Shown: in pieces, positions 38,724 through 49,012 of the stretch | Position numbering within the stretch: position 1 is the first letter of the stretch | Layout of the letters: every line of letters starts with the position of its first letter | Assembly (NCBI GenBank): GCA_044357055.1 | Contig: JBIKVD010000001.1 | Span: forward strand, 1 to 59,588 | Origin: Oligoflexales bacterium | GTDB taxonomy: Bacteria > Bdellovibrionota_B > Oligoflexia > Oligoflexales > JBIKVD01 | Length of the DNA: 59,588 nucleotides | Direction of reading: 5' to 3' | The notes under the pieces: generated by a model | The model's input: the letters and a program-made list of their open reading frames with translations, nothing else | What the model was told of the DNA's origin: nothing | Database searches by the model: none | Program-made: the position numbers and the translations under genes

Positions 38724-38864
38724 AAGACGGGGCGATCCCTCCCGCGACAGCAAGTAACAACCGGTACATCCCATCCTCCATTAACAAACAAGAGTTATTC
38801 AAAAAAACCCTTCCCCCTATGCTTTCGCCAAGGGCAACTAGGCAGGTCCTGTTCGCCAGCATAT

Positions 38865-38894
38865 TTGACTGGAGAAAAAAAGCCGCGATATGAT
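38865..38894 (+). promoter_or_regulatory. Putative dcw-cluster promoter (TTGACT-N18-TATGAT)
   Basis: TTGACT at 38865-38870 and TATGAT at 38889-38894. The site lies 56 nt upstream of the mraZ ATG. Confidence 0.5.
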
Positions 38895-38921
38895 GGGTAT
38901 AGAAGTGGGATAAAGTGGGAT
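38892..38921 (+). promoter_or_regulatory. Putative MraZ operator: direct TGGG-containing repeats
   Basis: AAGTGGGAT occurs at 38903-38911 and again at 38913-38921, exactly 10 bp apart. A third GATGGGTAT lies at 38892-38900. The repeats overlap or directly follow the -10 element. Confidence 0.55.
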
Positions 38922-38949
38922 CTCGTGCCATGCTAGGGTAGGACAAAAG

Positions 38950-39399
38950 ATGTTTCGTGGGTACTACGACCATGCTTTGGATGAAAAGAGCCGATTGGCA
39001 ATTCCCGCAAGATACCGGGAAATATTGCAGTCAGCGGCTATTCCTGGAGCTTTGATCGTAACCGCGGCCCATCAATGTGCCGTTGCCTATCCCTTGACGG
39101 AATGGCAAAAAATTGAAGAGAATCTGCTAAATCTCAATGCGTTGGATCGCCAAGTGCAAAATTTTACTAGATATTTTGTGGCATTAGCCCATGAATGTCA
39201 GATCGATCGGACAGGGCGCATCCTGCTAGCACCGGCCATTCGTGAGCGGCTTGGTATTGGTCGCGACGTTACCATCGTGGGGCAATTGAACAAATTCGAA
39301 ATATGGCCTCGCGAACGATGGACTGCATTTATGAATGACGCTGGGGAACAATTTGAACAAGCTGGAGCCTCTCTAGCCCAACATGGAATCCATTTCTAG
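38950..39399 (+). CDS. mraZ: Transcriptional regulator MraZ
   Basis: MFRGYYDHALDEKSRLAIPARYRE and the second repeat DRTGRILLAPAIRE (duplicated SpoVT-AbrB-type motif) are present. It holds the first position of the dcw cluster. Confidence 0.9.
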   Translation: MFRGYYDHALDEKSRLAIPARYREILQSAAIPGALIVTAAHQCAVAYPLTEWQKIEENLLNLNALDRQVQNFTRYFVALAHECQIDRTGRILLAPAIRERLGIGRDVTIVGQLNKFEIWPRERWTAFMNDAGEQFEQAGASLAQHGIHF

Positions 39400-40368
39400 A
39401 TGTTTGAACATATAAGTGTCTTAAAGCAAGAGTTGAAGCAAATGCTCAAGGTGGAAAGCACAGATATCGTTGTGGATGCAACTCTGGGGGGAGGGGGTCA
39501 CGCCGCCGAATTCATGCCACCACTTCATTCTGCACGCTTGATTGGCATTGATAGAGATCAAGTTGCTATCGCCTCCTGCGGGAAACGCTTTGAAGAGGTT
39601 ATTGCGAAGGGACATTTCCTTCTTGTACACGCACCTTTTTCACAAATCGATCAAATTCTTACCTCGCTCGCTTTACAACCCAATGTTATTTATGCTGATT
39701 TAGGGGTCTCTAGTCCGCAGCTCGACACTCCCGAACGAGGCTTCTCTATGCGCTTTGCGGGGCCTCTTGACATGCGGATGGACCAATCGGCAAACATGCC
39801 AACCGCAAAAGACATCCTCGCCATGTACTCGATTGAAGACTTAACAAGGATTTTCTTCGAATATGGCGAAGAGCCCAAAGCAAAATATTACGCCCGTGCC
39901 ATCGATAAACGCCGCGCGGAACGCGCCTTTGAAGACACTAAAGAGTTTGCCGATTTTCTGCAGTCGGTTAATCCCTACCGATCTGCAAGTAAGAAACATC
40001 CCGGAACAAAAATTTTTCAAGCCTTGCGGATTGAAGTCAACCAGGAGTTAGCGCAAATTGAAGAATTCCTCAAGGCTTCCTATCGCCACCTCGCTGTGGG
40101 TGGTCGCATGGGGGTCATAACTTTCCACTCCTTGGAAGACCGTTTGGTGAAGAATTTCTTTCAGTCTGTTGGCAAAAGTAAATCTGATCCCGCCATGCGC
40201 CACTTGCCTATGCGGGATATCGATGTGCAAAAGCCACCAGCTACCATTTCGAGACCTTTTCCCTGTGTGCCCACTGATCTCGAATGTCAACAAAATCCAC
40301 GCGCGCGAAGCGCGAAGTTACGCGTATTGGTTAAACAACAAGAAGGAAGCCTGCCATGGAAGTCTTAA
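39400..40368 (+). CDS. rsmH: 16S rRNA (cytosine1402-N4)-methyltransferase RsmH
   Basis: HISVLKQE, VDATLGGGGHA, ADLGVSSPQLD, GPLDMRMD and ITFHSLEDRLVK are present. Confidence 0.93.
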   Translation: MFEHISVLKQELKQMLKVESTDIVVDATLGGGGHAAEFMPPLHSARLIGIDRDQVAIASCGKRFEEVIAKGHFLLVHAPFSQIDQILTSLALQPNVIYADLGVSSPQLDTPERGFSMRFAGPLDMRMDQSANMPTAKDILAMYSIEDLTRIFFEYGEEPKAKYYARAIDKRRAERAFEDTKEFADFLQSVNPYRSASKKHPGTKIFQALRIEVNQELAQIEEFLKASYRHLAVGGRMGVITFHSLEDRLVKNFFQSVGKSKSDPAMRHLPMRDIDVQKPPATISRPFPCVPTDLECQQNPRARSAKLRVLVKQQEGSLPWKS

Positions 40369-40631
40369 AAAATCGCTTTATGATCAGTGTCATCTTAACA
40401 AGTTCCTTACTGTTTGTTTTCGCGTTCTTTCGCGTTCACATTCTTATCAATACGACCGAACTCGGTTACCAAATTGCTAAGCTAAAAGATCGAGAAGAAG
40501 TGTTGCTGGAGCGTCAGAGTGAATTGGCGATGAAAATCGCGAAAGTCACCTCTCGATCCCACTTGAGTGTTATGTCTGGCTTACCAGTAGAAGACCTTAA
40601 ATCCAAGGGTGGAAAGATTGCTGCGCGATAG
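40356..40631 (+). CDS. ftsL: Cell division protein FtsL-like
   Basis: 91 aa with one TM followed by a coiled coil, positioned between rsmH and ftsI. It overlaps both neighbours. Confidence 0.6.
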   Translation: MEVLKNRFMISVILTSSLLFVFAFFRVHILINTTELGYQIAKLKDREEVLLERQSELAMKIAKVTSRSHLSVMSGLPVEDLKSKGGKIAAR

Positions 40632-42432
40632 GTTGAAAGCTCTATTTCCTGCTAAAAAACGCGATAAAGCTACTATTATATCGGGTAGTTTTAACAATTC
40701 GCGCTCGTCTATCGTTCGTTGGGCTGTATACCTAGTCTTCGTTGCGGTTTTCACACGCGCTTTGTGGATTCACCTTTTTCCCCCGTCACCAGAATTCCTT
40801 AACAATTTAGCAAAGCATCAATACCGCAAGAAAATTGAGCTAGCTCCCTACCGGGGCAATATCATGGACCGCAGGGGCGAGCCACTGGCCCTAAGCATTA
40901 AAAAATCTTCGTTTTATCTGAATCCTCGATTATTTTCCGCCTCAGCTGCGAATCTTCACGAGCTTGCCAAGGTATTGAATCTGTCTGAAGGCAAGCTCAC
41001 GAGTCTTCAAGCTAAGAAAGGTTATTTTGCTTGGTTAGCGAGACAAGTATCGTCGGAGCAAGCAAGTCGGGTCCGGAATATGAATCTTCCTGGTGTTTTT
41101 GAGATTCGGGAACCTGCCCGTTTCTATCCTCTGGGTGAGGCCGCTTCCCAAATACTCGGATTTGTCGGAATCGATAATCAAGGACTTTCAGGCTTGGAAA
41201 TGATCTATGACAAGAACCTTCGGGGGGAAGTTGTCGATTATATGCCTGCCATTGACGCTCGGGGCGCAAAAATATATTTAGACAGCCAATATGCTATCCC
41301 CTTCTTGCCAGGTGATTCTCTGCAACTGACCTTGGATCGGGTCGTGCAAGAGATCGCAGAAGAAGAGTTGGAAAAGGGTGTGCGAGAAGCCGGAGCTAAA
41401 GGCGGAATAGCCATAGTCAGCGATCCTCACACCGGCCAAATCCTAGCGATGGCAAATTTTCCAAAATTTGACCCTAATCGAGTTAGCGCGAAGAGTTTTC
41501 AAAATGCCAAGAACCGAGCTGTGGTCGACATCTTCGAACCCGGATCCATCTCCAAACCTCTCGTCGTCGCCACGGCTTTGCAGGAAAAGCATGTAAAAAT
41601 TGGTGAAATGTTCAATTGTGAGAAATCTGGGCGTTATGTCATTCCCGGGGGAGTGATTAACGATGACCACCCGGAAGAGCATCTGGATGTTTCTGGCATC
41701 ATTACGCAGTCAAGCAACATTTGTATGTACAAGATCGCCAAACGCATGGGAAGGGAACCACTCTATAACGGTCTGAGAAAATTTGGCATCGGAGATCCCG
41801 CGATACGCCTTGGATTTGCAAGTGAAGTGGGAGGTCGCATTGCCGCTTGGAATCATTGGAAAGAGATCCGTTTTGCGAACGTGGCCTTTGGCCAGGGATT
41901 TAGTACCACGGGGTTGGAGATGGTCGCGTCTTATGGCGCCATCGCGAACGGCGGGCAACTGATGCGCCCCTATTTGGTTTCGAAGGTCGTACGTCCCGAT
42001 GGGTCTACCCATGCAAACGTGAACCCTCAAGTTGTTACCCAGGTTCTTCATCCTGAAGTTGCCAGTGAAATGAGAAAAATGCTTGAAAGAACCACCACAG
42101 AAGGTACGGGATCAAAAGCACAAACCATAGATTTTACGGTTGCCGGGAAAACGGGGACCGCAGAGGTCTTTGACCCGCTCCTCAAGGCCTATTCGAAAAC
42201 CAAGAGAAAGGCTAGCTTCATCGGTTTTGCACCTGCTCGTGACCCTCACTTGGTGATCTTCGTCCTCATCGACGAACCCAGTAAGCAGCCCTACTATGGT
42301 GGCCTCTGGGCTGCTCCGGTTTTCTCGCAAATATCCGCTCGCACCCTGCACTATCTGAACGTGAAGCCCGACAAGGAGGATATTTCTCATGGTATCGATC
42401 TCGCTGTAGAAAAACTCCCTGTGCCGTTGTAA
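40609..42432 (+). CDS. ftsI: Class B penicillin-binding protein / peptidoglycan D,D-transpeptidase FtsI
   Basis: An N-terminal TM plus GSISKP (SxxK), SSN and KTGTAEV motifs. The start codon is GTG. Confidence 0.88.
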   Translation: MERLLRDRLKALFPAKKRDKATIISGSFNNSRSSIVRWAVYLVFVAVFTRALWIHLFPPSPEFLNNLAKHQYRKKIELAPYRGNIMDRRGEPLALSIKKSSFYLNPRLFSASAANLHELAKVLNLSEGKLTSLQAKKGYFAWLARQVSSEQASRVRNMNLPGVFEIREPARFYPLGEAASQILGFVGIDNQGLSGLEMIYDKNLRGEVVDYMPAIDARGAKIYLDSQYAIPFLPGDSLQLTLDRVVQEIAEEELEKGVREAGAKGGIAIVSDPHTGQILAMANFPKFDPNRVSAKSFQNAKNRAVVDIFEPGSISKPLVVATALQEKHVKIGEMFNCEKSGRYVIPGGVINDDHPEEHLDVSGIITQSSNICMYKIAKRMGREPLYNGLRKFGIGDPAIRLGFASEVGGRIAAWNHWKEIRFANVAFGQGFSTTGLEMVASYGAIANGGQLMRPYLVSKVVRPDGSTHANVNPQVVTQVLHPEVASEMRKMLERTTTEGTGSKAQTIDFTVAGKTGTAEVFDPLLKAYSKTKRKASFIGFAPARDPHLVIFVLIDEPSKQPYYGGLWAAPVFSQISARTLHYLNVKPDKEDISHGIDLAVEKLPVPL

Positions 42433-42520
42433 AAGCGAGTATGAATTTGGTGCAAAGCTTGTCGATTTCGAAAATTTGACGGGCCCTTATCTTTCGTTAC
42501 CCCTCTGGGGAAGGCATCTT

Positions 42521-44143
42521 ATGAATTCTTTACCTAATAACTCCGACCGATCTGGAGTCTCCTTTAGCACGAAGTCCTTGTTAGACACTTTGCATTCCTT
42601 TGGGATTTTTATAAAAATTCATGGGGAAGTACCCAGCCAGCTCGCGGGAGTCTCCGCTGATTCTCGCTCTGTAACGCAAGACTCCCTTTTCATTGCGCGT
42701 CAGGGTGTGGCGAGCGACGGGCATAATCATATCTCCCAGGCTTTGGCCAAAGGGGCAAACCTGATCTTTGCCGAACGCATGGTCCCCCAGTTAAAGTCAG
42801 CGCCCGGCTACGCTATCGTCTCCGATATTGCCAAAATCTATGGGATTGCCTCAAGCTTGCACTTTGGACAGCCAGAGAAAAAACTGATTTTTATTGGCCT
42901 AACAGGTACCAATGGTAAAACATCGACATCACTTCTGTTGTCGGATCTTTTGGAGCAACATCAAGTTCCGACCATGGTCATTGGCACCACAGGGGTCTAT
43001 ATTAGGGGTGTAAAGACTCATTCCTCAAGTCACACCACGCCAGATGCATTGGCTTTTTTCGGCTATCTGTCAGAAGCCCACCAAGCTGGAGTTACCCATG
43101 TGATTATGGAAGCTTCTTCCCATGGTTTAGCGCAAGAGCGATTTTTTCCCGCAAAACTCAGTCACGGGATTTTCACTAGTTTTTCCCAAGATCATTTAGA
43201 CTATCACCAGACAATGGAGCAATACCTTCAAGCAAAACTGAAGCTCTTTTCTGCCAGCTGCTCCTATTCAGAGGCAAGATATGTTGTTCACTCCTCTTTA
43301 TTATCTAGGGTGCTAAAAAGCTTTCCCAACCTGCAGGATCGCCTTTGTAGCTACGCCTTGGTAGAACAAAATCAGGACCAAAATGTCGTATTTTCTGATA
43401 CAGGTGGCTTTGAGCCATCTGCGAAACATTTTTGGATCACCAAAGCTTCTAGTGCCAAAAGCGCAACCATAACGACTTGTCACATTGGTGCCGGCACTCA
43501 GACCTTGCGCTCCTATCAGATCCCTTTTCATGCTGAATTTCTTTTAGAAAACACCCTTGCCGCAATTTTAACCTTTTTTGACATTAGGGGCAGCTGGCCC
43601 GATGCGACCCATGTACAAAGGCTTAGACAAATTCCCGGGAGAATGCAGCGTGTTCCCATTCAAGGTGTTGGGCCTGCAGTCTACGTAGACTATGCGCATT
43701 CGCCAGATGCTCTGCAAAGAGTGTTGTTAGATCTGCAAAGGAACAAAGGTAACGGACGTTTACTATTGGTATTTGGTTGCGGGGGGGATCGAGACCGAAC
43801 CAAGCGTCCAATCATGGGAGCGATTGCCGCGGAAATTGCTGACGATATCTTTTTGACGAGCGATAACCCACGCAGTGAAAGCCCAGAAGCAATTTTGAAG
43901 GAAATATCCCGTGGCATCCCTGAGTCCAAGCGGGCCCAACTCATTGCGAATCGCAAGGAAGCCATTCAAGCGGCCATTGAGAAGGCAAATCCGCTCGACA
44001 CAATTCTTATTGCGGGAAAGGGACATGAATCAGGTCAAATGATCGGTTCGATCGTTCATCCCTTCGATGACGTTGAAGTCGCCAGAGCCCTACTGCTGGA
44101 GCGATTCCCGCAGGGCGCCTCCAAGACGGAGGCGGTGCGATGA
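42521..44143 (+). CDS. murE: UDP-MurNAc-L-Ala-D-Glu:diamino-acid ligase MurE
   Basis: GLTGTNGKTSTS, DYAHSPDAL, GCGGDRDRTKRP, SDNPRSESPE and AGKGHE are present. An alternative TTG start lies at 42476. Confidence 0.88.
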   Translation: MNSLPNNSDRSGVSFSTKSLLDTLHSFGIFIKIHGEVPSQLAGVSADSRSVTQDSLFIARQGVASDGHNHISQALAKGANLIFAERMVPQLKSAPGYAIVSDIAKIYGIASSLHFGQPEKKLIFIGLTGTNGKTSTSLLLSDLLEQHQVPTMVIGTTGVYIRGVKTHSSSHTTPDALAFFGYLSEAHQAGVTHVIMEASSHGLAQERFFPAKLSHGIFTSFSQDHLDYHQTMEQYLQAKLKLFSASCSYSEARYVVHSSLLSRVLKSFPNLQDRLCSYALVEQNQDQNVVFSDTGGFEPSAKHFWITKASSAKSATITTCHIGAGTQTLRSYQIPFHAEFLLENTLAAILTFFDIRGSWPDATHVQRLRQIPGRMQRVPIQGVGPAVYVDYAHSPDALQRVLLDLQRNKGNGRLLLVFGCGGDRDRTKRPIMGAIAAEIADDIFLTSDNPRSESPEAILKEISRGIPESKRAQLIANRKEAIQAAIEKANPLDTILIAGKGHESGQMIGSIVHPFDDVEVARALLLERFPQGASKTEAVR

Positions 44144-45576
44144 AAACGATGGTATTGGGAGCCGGGGTTTCTGGCCTTGCCGCTGCGCGCTTGCTGCTAG
44201 CAAGGACCCAGGACCAAGTCCTCTTGATTGACCAAAAGATTTCTTCGTTCCCCCAATCTTTTCCTGTGCAAAGCAGAATCACAATGAAGTTGGAGTCGCA
44301 ACTGCACAATGATGATTGGGATCAAACTTATCAGCTCGTTCTAAGTTCTGGCATTAAACCCGATCACCCCTTAGTGATTCAGGCTAAAGAGCGCAGGGTT
44401 GCTATAGCAAGCGAAGCTGACCTTGCTTTCCGCTACTTTGAAGGTAAGGCCATTGGCATCACCGGGACCAATGGAAAATCAACCGTCACCAAACTTATCG
44501 CACATATTCTCACCAAGCGGGGTCTTGAGGCTGTGCCTTGTGGCAATTATGGACTGGCTTTATGTGATGCTGTGCTAGCGAGTCACAGTCAACAAGTCCT
44601 ATGCGTGGAATTGTCGAGCTTTCAACTTGCACAAGCAAAATCTTTAAAGATGCAACTTGGAGTTTTTGTCAATTTTGCTCCTGATCATGAAGAGTGGCAT
44701 GGGGATACGCCCTCGTATTTTCGAGCCAAATGGCGCCTGCTATCATTTTTGGATGGCCCAGCGCCCTGCCTGGTGACTAGCAACGCAGTCATGGAAATGG
44801 CTCGAAACTACGGTTGTCAATTATCAGATGATTTGAGCAATCTTCTCCTAACTTTCTGTGAGTACCTCAATGGGAACCAGCAAGTTTCTGCCACTTGTTT
44901 GGCAAACAAGCAATCCCACGCGATCCCTTGGAACCTGGAGGGAATTCATTTGTCGCTTCCCCCTCCCCAGACCTTCTTTTGGCAGAATCTACCCTTTGCG
45001 GGACGCCACAATCTCTTTGATCTTGGATTAGCACTCGTCGCAGTTCAGCAATTCATGAGTCAACAACATCTAGAAGGAAGGCGCCCCATTTGCCCGGATG
45101 ACTATCAGGATTTTTCCCCTTTACCTCATCGCTATCAATGGATCCGGAGCATAGGACCCATGCATTTTATTGACGATTCTAAAGCGACGAATGTAGACGC
45201 CGTCCTTGCCGCCCTCGAATCCTCTACGAGACCAGTGTTTTTGCTTCTCGGCGGTCAAGGCAAAGGGGAATCCTTCCTTCCTATCTTGAGGCATCATCAA
45301 AAAATCAAGGGCATTCTTTCCTTTGGTGAATCGGGTTTGAGGATTCGTAGCGAAATAGGTGGTAAAATACCCTTCTGGAACGAGGAGACCTTGGCCCTTG
45401 CCATGAAAGTATTGCCGACTATCCTCGCAGACTTGGTGCCCCGGGAAGATCTTCAAGGCATAGACATCCTCCTGTCTCCAGGAGGCGCCAGTTTTGACGA
45501 GTTTAAGAATTACTCTGAGCGCGGTGACTTTTTCACGGGGCAAGTTAGAAACCTAGACGATTTTATCAAAACATAG
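44140..45576 (+). CDS. murD: UDP-MurNAc-L-Ala:D-Glu ligase MurD
   Basis: VLGAGVSGLAAARLL, GITGTNGKSTVT, ELSSFQL, NFAPDHEEWHG and IDDSKATNVDA are present. ATGA overlap with murE. Confidence 0.88.
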   Translation: MKTMVLGAGVSGLAAARLLLARTQDQVLLIDQKISSFPQSFPVQSRITMKLESQLHNDDWDQTYQLVLSSGIKPDHPLVIQAKERRVAIASEADLAFRYFEGKAIGITGTNGKSTVTKLIAHILTKRGLEAVPCGNYGLALCDAVLASHSQQVLCVELSSFQLAQAKSLKMQLGVFVNFAPDHEEWHGDTPSYFRAKWRLLSFLDGPAPCLVTSNAVMEMARNYGCQLSDDLSNLLLTFCEYLNGNQQVSATCLANKQSHAIPWNLEGIHLSLPPPQTFFWQNLPFAGRHNLFDLGLALVAVQQFMSQQHLEGRRPICPDDYQDFSPLPHRYQWIRSIGPMHFIDDSKATNVDAVLAALESSTRPVFLLLGGQGKGESFLPILRHHQKIKGILSFGESGLRIRSEIGGKIPFWNEETLALAMKVLPTILADLVPREDLQGIDILLSPGGASFDEFKNYSERGDFFTGQVRNLDDFIKT

Positions 45577-45587
45577 GGGCATCCATC

Positions 45588-46712
45588 GTGTTGTTCGCGA
45601 AGAATAAAACCTATCTGACCTATCTCATAGCCATCCTTTTAGTCTTATCGCTCTTGCTTTCTTTGGGCCTAATTATGATCTATTCAACCTCCTCTCTGAA
45701 AGGGATTGAACTTTTTGGTGACCCTTATATTTTTGTTAAAAAACAGGGTATTGCGGTCGTACTAGGTTTTGCGGTCTTCGCCTTTATTCAGTGTCTACCA
45801 TTAAGGTGGATTGAAATTGCCAATATCCCATTGCTCTTCCTGAGTTTATTTATGCTGGCTTTGATCTTAATTGATGGAATCTATGTAAAGGTTGGTGGAG
45901 CAGAGAGGTGGCTATCCTTATTCGGTTACCGCATTCAACCGTCAGAGATCATAAAGATTTCCTTTTTATTCTTCCTGTCTCGCTTTGTGAGTCTAAAACA
46001 CTTTAATCCCCAGGACTTCAAGAAATCGCTGCTGCCCATATTAGCGATTTTTCTGGTGATAGCGGGCCTACTAGCGCTTCAAAAAGACTTTGGCTCCATC
46101 TTGATCCTTGGATTGCTAACAACCATCATGCTTTTTCTCGCCAATTTGCCTCTCCGATACTTGGTATTGACTGGCTTCATGGGCACCGCTGTCCTAGGCG
46201 CCCTTATTTTGCTGGAACCCTATCGCATTCAGCGAATGCTCAGCTTCTTGGACCCCTGGAGTCAGTTTGAACACGGTGGATTTCAGATCGTGCAAAGCTT
46301 TTTAGCCTTCCAAAATGGAGGATTCTGGGGAGCAGGTCTCGGATCCTCGAAACAAAAGTTGTTTTTCTTGCCAGAAGCCCATACGGACTTTATCCTGTCC
46401 GTTCTCGGCGAGGAGCTGGGATTATTTGGCGTTCTTTTGATTATTACAGCCTTTCTTTTTATCACATTCTTGGGATTCAGCATCAGCCAGCAGCAGATTA
46501 CCCCAGCGCGCAAATTTCTTGGTTTCGGCTTGATCTCTCTTTTTGCCATCCAAGCCACTCTTAATATGGGAGTTACGATGGGATTGCTCCCAACCAAAGG
46601 TTTGCCGCTGCCCTTTCTATCGAGTGGAATGTCCTCCTTACTGACCTTCATGATTGTCTTAGCTCTCCTAGCGCGTCTTGCTAGGGAAATTCCGGAGCCC
46701 CGCCATGGATGA
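45588..46712 (+). CDS. ftsW: SEDS-family peptidoglycan glycosyltransferase FtsW
   Basis: A polytopic protein with IQPSEIIKISF, FQKDFGS, PEAHTDFI and TKGLPLPFLSSGMSS. The start codon is GTG. Confidence 0.9.
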   Translation: MLFAKNKTYLTYLIAILLVLSLLLSLGLIMIYSTSSLKGIELFGDPYIFVKKQGIAVVLGFAVFAFIQCLPLRWIEIANIPLLFLSLFMLALILIDGIYVKVGGAERWLSLFGYRIQPSEIIKISFLFFLSRFVSLKHFNPQDFKKSLLPILAIFLVIAGLLALQKDFGSILILGLLTTIMLFLANLPLRYLVLTGFMGTAVLGALILLEPYRIQRMLSFLDPWSQFEHGGFQIVQSFLAFQNGGFWGAGLGSSKQKLFFLPEAHTDFILSVLGEELGLFGVLLIITAFLFITFLGFSISQQQITPARKFLGFGLISLFAIQATLNMGVTMGLLPTKGLPLPFLSSGMSSLLTFMIVLALLARLAREIPEPRHG

Positions 46713-48081
46713 TCTCTCCCCGCGCGAAAGCTTTTTCTTTCTGGGCATTGGGGGCTACGGAATGAGAGCCTTGGCAGAAATATGCATGGACCTCGGTCAT
46801 TCGATTGGGGGATATGATGCAACACAAAGTAGCAACACCGAGGCCCTTAAAGCTCGAGGCGTGCCAATCGATCATCATGTTAGTGACACATCCCTTGCGG
46901 ATTACAATTACGTGGTCTATTCCACCGCGATACAGGCGCAACATCCGCTGAGAATTAAAGCCAAAAACGAGGGGAAGAGTCTCCTGCACCGTAACGAGCT
47001 TCTGCTGCGCTTGATGGAAGGTAAGTACAAGATCTTAGTTTGTGGGACCCATGGCAAAACCTCCACCACGGCCATGATAGGCCACATGTTACAAGAACTG
47101 GGATTAAGCCCCACCGTTTATGTGGGAGGAGTCGTCAAACAATACCAGCGGTGTGCTTGGTCCGGCGCAGGCAAGATCTTTGTGGCAGAAATTGATGAAA
47201 GCGATGGATCCATCTTAGAACACCATGCAGACTTAGCTATTGTGACCAACATAGATCAGGACCACCTGGACTTTTACGGTTCAATGCAAAGTGTGATCGA
47301 TGCCTACTTAAAGTTCATGGGGCAAACCGAAGCTGAAAACGGGTACAATATCCTTGGTTGGAACAGCCAGATCATGCGCGATATTTTCCCCCGCATCAAG
47401 TCCCAAACCTTGACTTATGGAGACATCCTGGGCAGCGAAGTGAGAGCGCTAAATATCATCGTGTACGAGGCTCGGATGAGTTTTATGGCTGTCGTGGAAA
47501 AGCAACAGATCCCCGTAGAGATCCCTGGTATCGGAAGACATACTTGCTTGAATGCTTTAGCTGCCTTAGCGACGGGACGATGCTTGGAATTGGATATGCA
47601 TGCGTGTTCAAAGGCTTTGGCCAGCTTTCATGGGGTGCATCGTCGGCACTCTTTGATCTATCAGAGCGACAAAATATGGGTTATTGATGACTACGCACAC
47701 AATCCAGGAAAAATTCAAAGTTCGATTGCTGCGGTGAGAGGCTCATGGCCAAAAGCGAAACTTTGGGTTGTGTTTGAACCCCATCGATACTCGCGGGTCG
47801 GAGCTCTCATGGATCAATTTGCTGCTTCCTTTACGCAGGCTCACAAAGTTTACGTCACCCAAGTTTATGCCAGCGGGGAAGCTAAAGTGAGCGATTTAGG
47901 CCAATCCATGCTGTCCCAGGAAATCAAGAAATCTTCCCTAACCGAGGTCGAGGCTTTTGCAGACTTAGAGCAATTGCATAGTGATTTGAAGCAGCAAGGC
48001 AATCAAGATACGGTCCTGCTTTTCTTAGGAGCGGGAGTCTCCACCCATCTTGCTCATGATTTTGCTGAGATCATGCGATGA
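46705..48081 (+). CDS. murC: UDP-MurNAc:L-Ala ligase MurC
   Basis: FFFLGIGGYGMRALAE, CGTHGKTSTTAM, EIDESDGS, DDYAHNP and FEPHRYSR are present. It overlaps the ftsW stop by 8 nt. The listed ORF starts at 46678. Confidence 0.9.
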   Translation: MDDLSPRESFFFLGIGGYGMRALAEICMDLGHSIGGYDATQSSNTEALKARGVPIDHHVSDTSLADYNYVVYSTAIQAQHPLRIKAKNEGKSLLHRNELLLRLMEGKYKILVCGTHGKTSTTAMIGHMLQELGLSPTVYVGGVVKQYQRCAWSGAGKIFVAEIDESDGSILEHHADLAIVTNIDQDHLDFYGSMQSVIDAYLKFMGQTEAENGYNILGWNSQIMRDIFPRIKSQTLTYGDILGSEVRALNIIVYEARMSFMAVVEKQQIPVEIPGIGRHTCLNALAALATGRCLELDMHACSKALASFHGVHRRHSLIYQSDKIWVIDDYAHNPGKIQSSIAAVRGSWPKAKLWVVFEPHRYSRVGALMDQFAASFTQAHKVYVTQVYASGEAKVSDLGQSMLSQEIKKSSLTEVEAFADLEQLHSDLKQQGNQDTVLLFLGAGVSTHLAHDFAEIMR

Positions 48082-49007
48082 CCAAGAAGGCAAAAACATC
48101 TGGAAACATAAAATTTAAACAACGCTCGCGAAAGCGCCGTAAAAGCGTCTTCCAATGGTCCATGTTCTTAAAAGCGACCTTGGTCTCCTCACTAATCTTC
48201 GGTGCCATCTGGGGATTTCTTCTTCTAAAAGAGACATCGCTTCGACTTTGGCAGCATCTACCCCTTTCGTCCCATGCTACCATCGATGAGATTCAAGACA
48301 TTATGGTCCAAGTCGTCCCCCAAATTCCCGAAAACACGCATGCGTCTATATTAACTGTGGAAAGCCGCGATATCGATCTGGCAGAGTCTATTCGCCAGGC
48401 TTTGTGGAAGGTTCTTAAGAATAAGAGCGTCGATAAAAGAGTTTTAACGCGGGCTGCTAATAGTATTTGGAAAGAGAACACTTCGATTGAGCGTCTTTCT
48501 CTTGTGGAAAGCTCACTTGGGCAAATTGTAGCGCAAGTTTCCTTTCGCTCCCTAAGATTCGGTGTGCTTACAGAGGGTAAGACGCTTGCTTTGAGCGCTG
48601 ACGGCACGGTTTATAGATCAAACCACTTATCGGATCCATCCCTCGTGTTTCTTTCCCTTGATGCAAAGGCGGGTTTTGAGCTTCGTCAAGCTAAAGATAT
48701 TGGGAACCATCTGCTGCTGCCTGAGCCGCTCCAGCAATCCATACGCCAGTTTTTACAATTGGCTGAAATGCTCAATCAGGAAGAAATCCATTTAGAAAAG
48801 GCTCACTTGGATTCCCACAGAGGTCTGGAAATCTATCTGGCTGGCGATAGACCTGTGGTGATGGGCTGGAAACCATTCGAGCGTAAAATAAAAAGATTGC
48901 GAAGCATCCTCGAGCGATATGGCCAAGACCTAACAAATGCTGCTAGAATTGAGTTAGACTTTCAAGACAAAGCTTTTATTCAAGAAATGCAGCAACCGAA
49001 ACTATAG
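48078..49007 (+). CDS. ftsQ: Cell division protein FtsQ-like
   Basis: A basic N-terminus, one TM (LVSSLIFGAIWGFLLL) and a periplasmic domain. It sits between murC and ftsA, with an ATGA overlap with murC. Confidence 0.6.
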   Translation: MTKKAKTSGNIKFKQRSRKRRKSVFQWSMFLKATLVSSLIFGAIWGFLLLKETSLRLWQHLPLSSHATIDEIQDIMVQVVPQIPENTHASILTVESRDIDLAESIRQALWKVLKNKSVDKRVLTRAANSIWKENTSIERLSLVESSLGQIVAQVSFRSLRFGVLTEGKTLALSADGTVYRSNHLSDPSLVFLSLDAKAGFELRQAKDIGNHLLLPEPLQQSIRQFLQLAEMLNQEEIHLEKAHLDSHRGLEIYLAGDRPVVMGWKPFERKIKRLRSILERYGQDLTNAARIELDFQDKAFIQEMQQPKL

Positions 49008-49012
49008 CTCGG

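Noticed and set aside
46283-46825. 180-aa minus-strand ORF across the ftsW/murC junction
   Set aside because: It lies antisense to two well-supported genes, its composition is basic and Arg/Pro-rich, and it has no recognisable domain.
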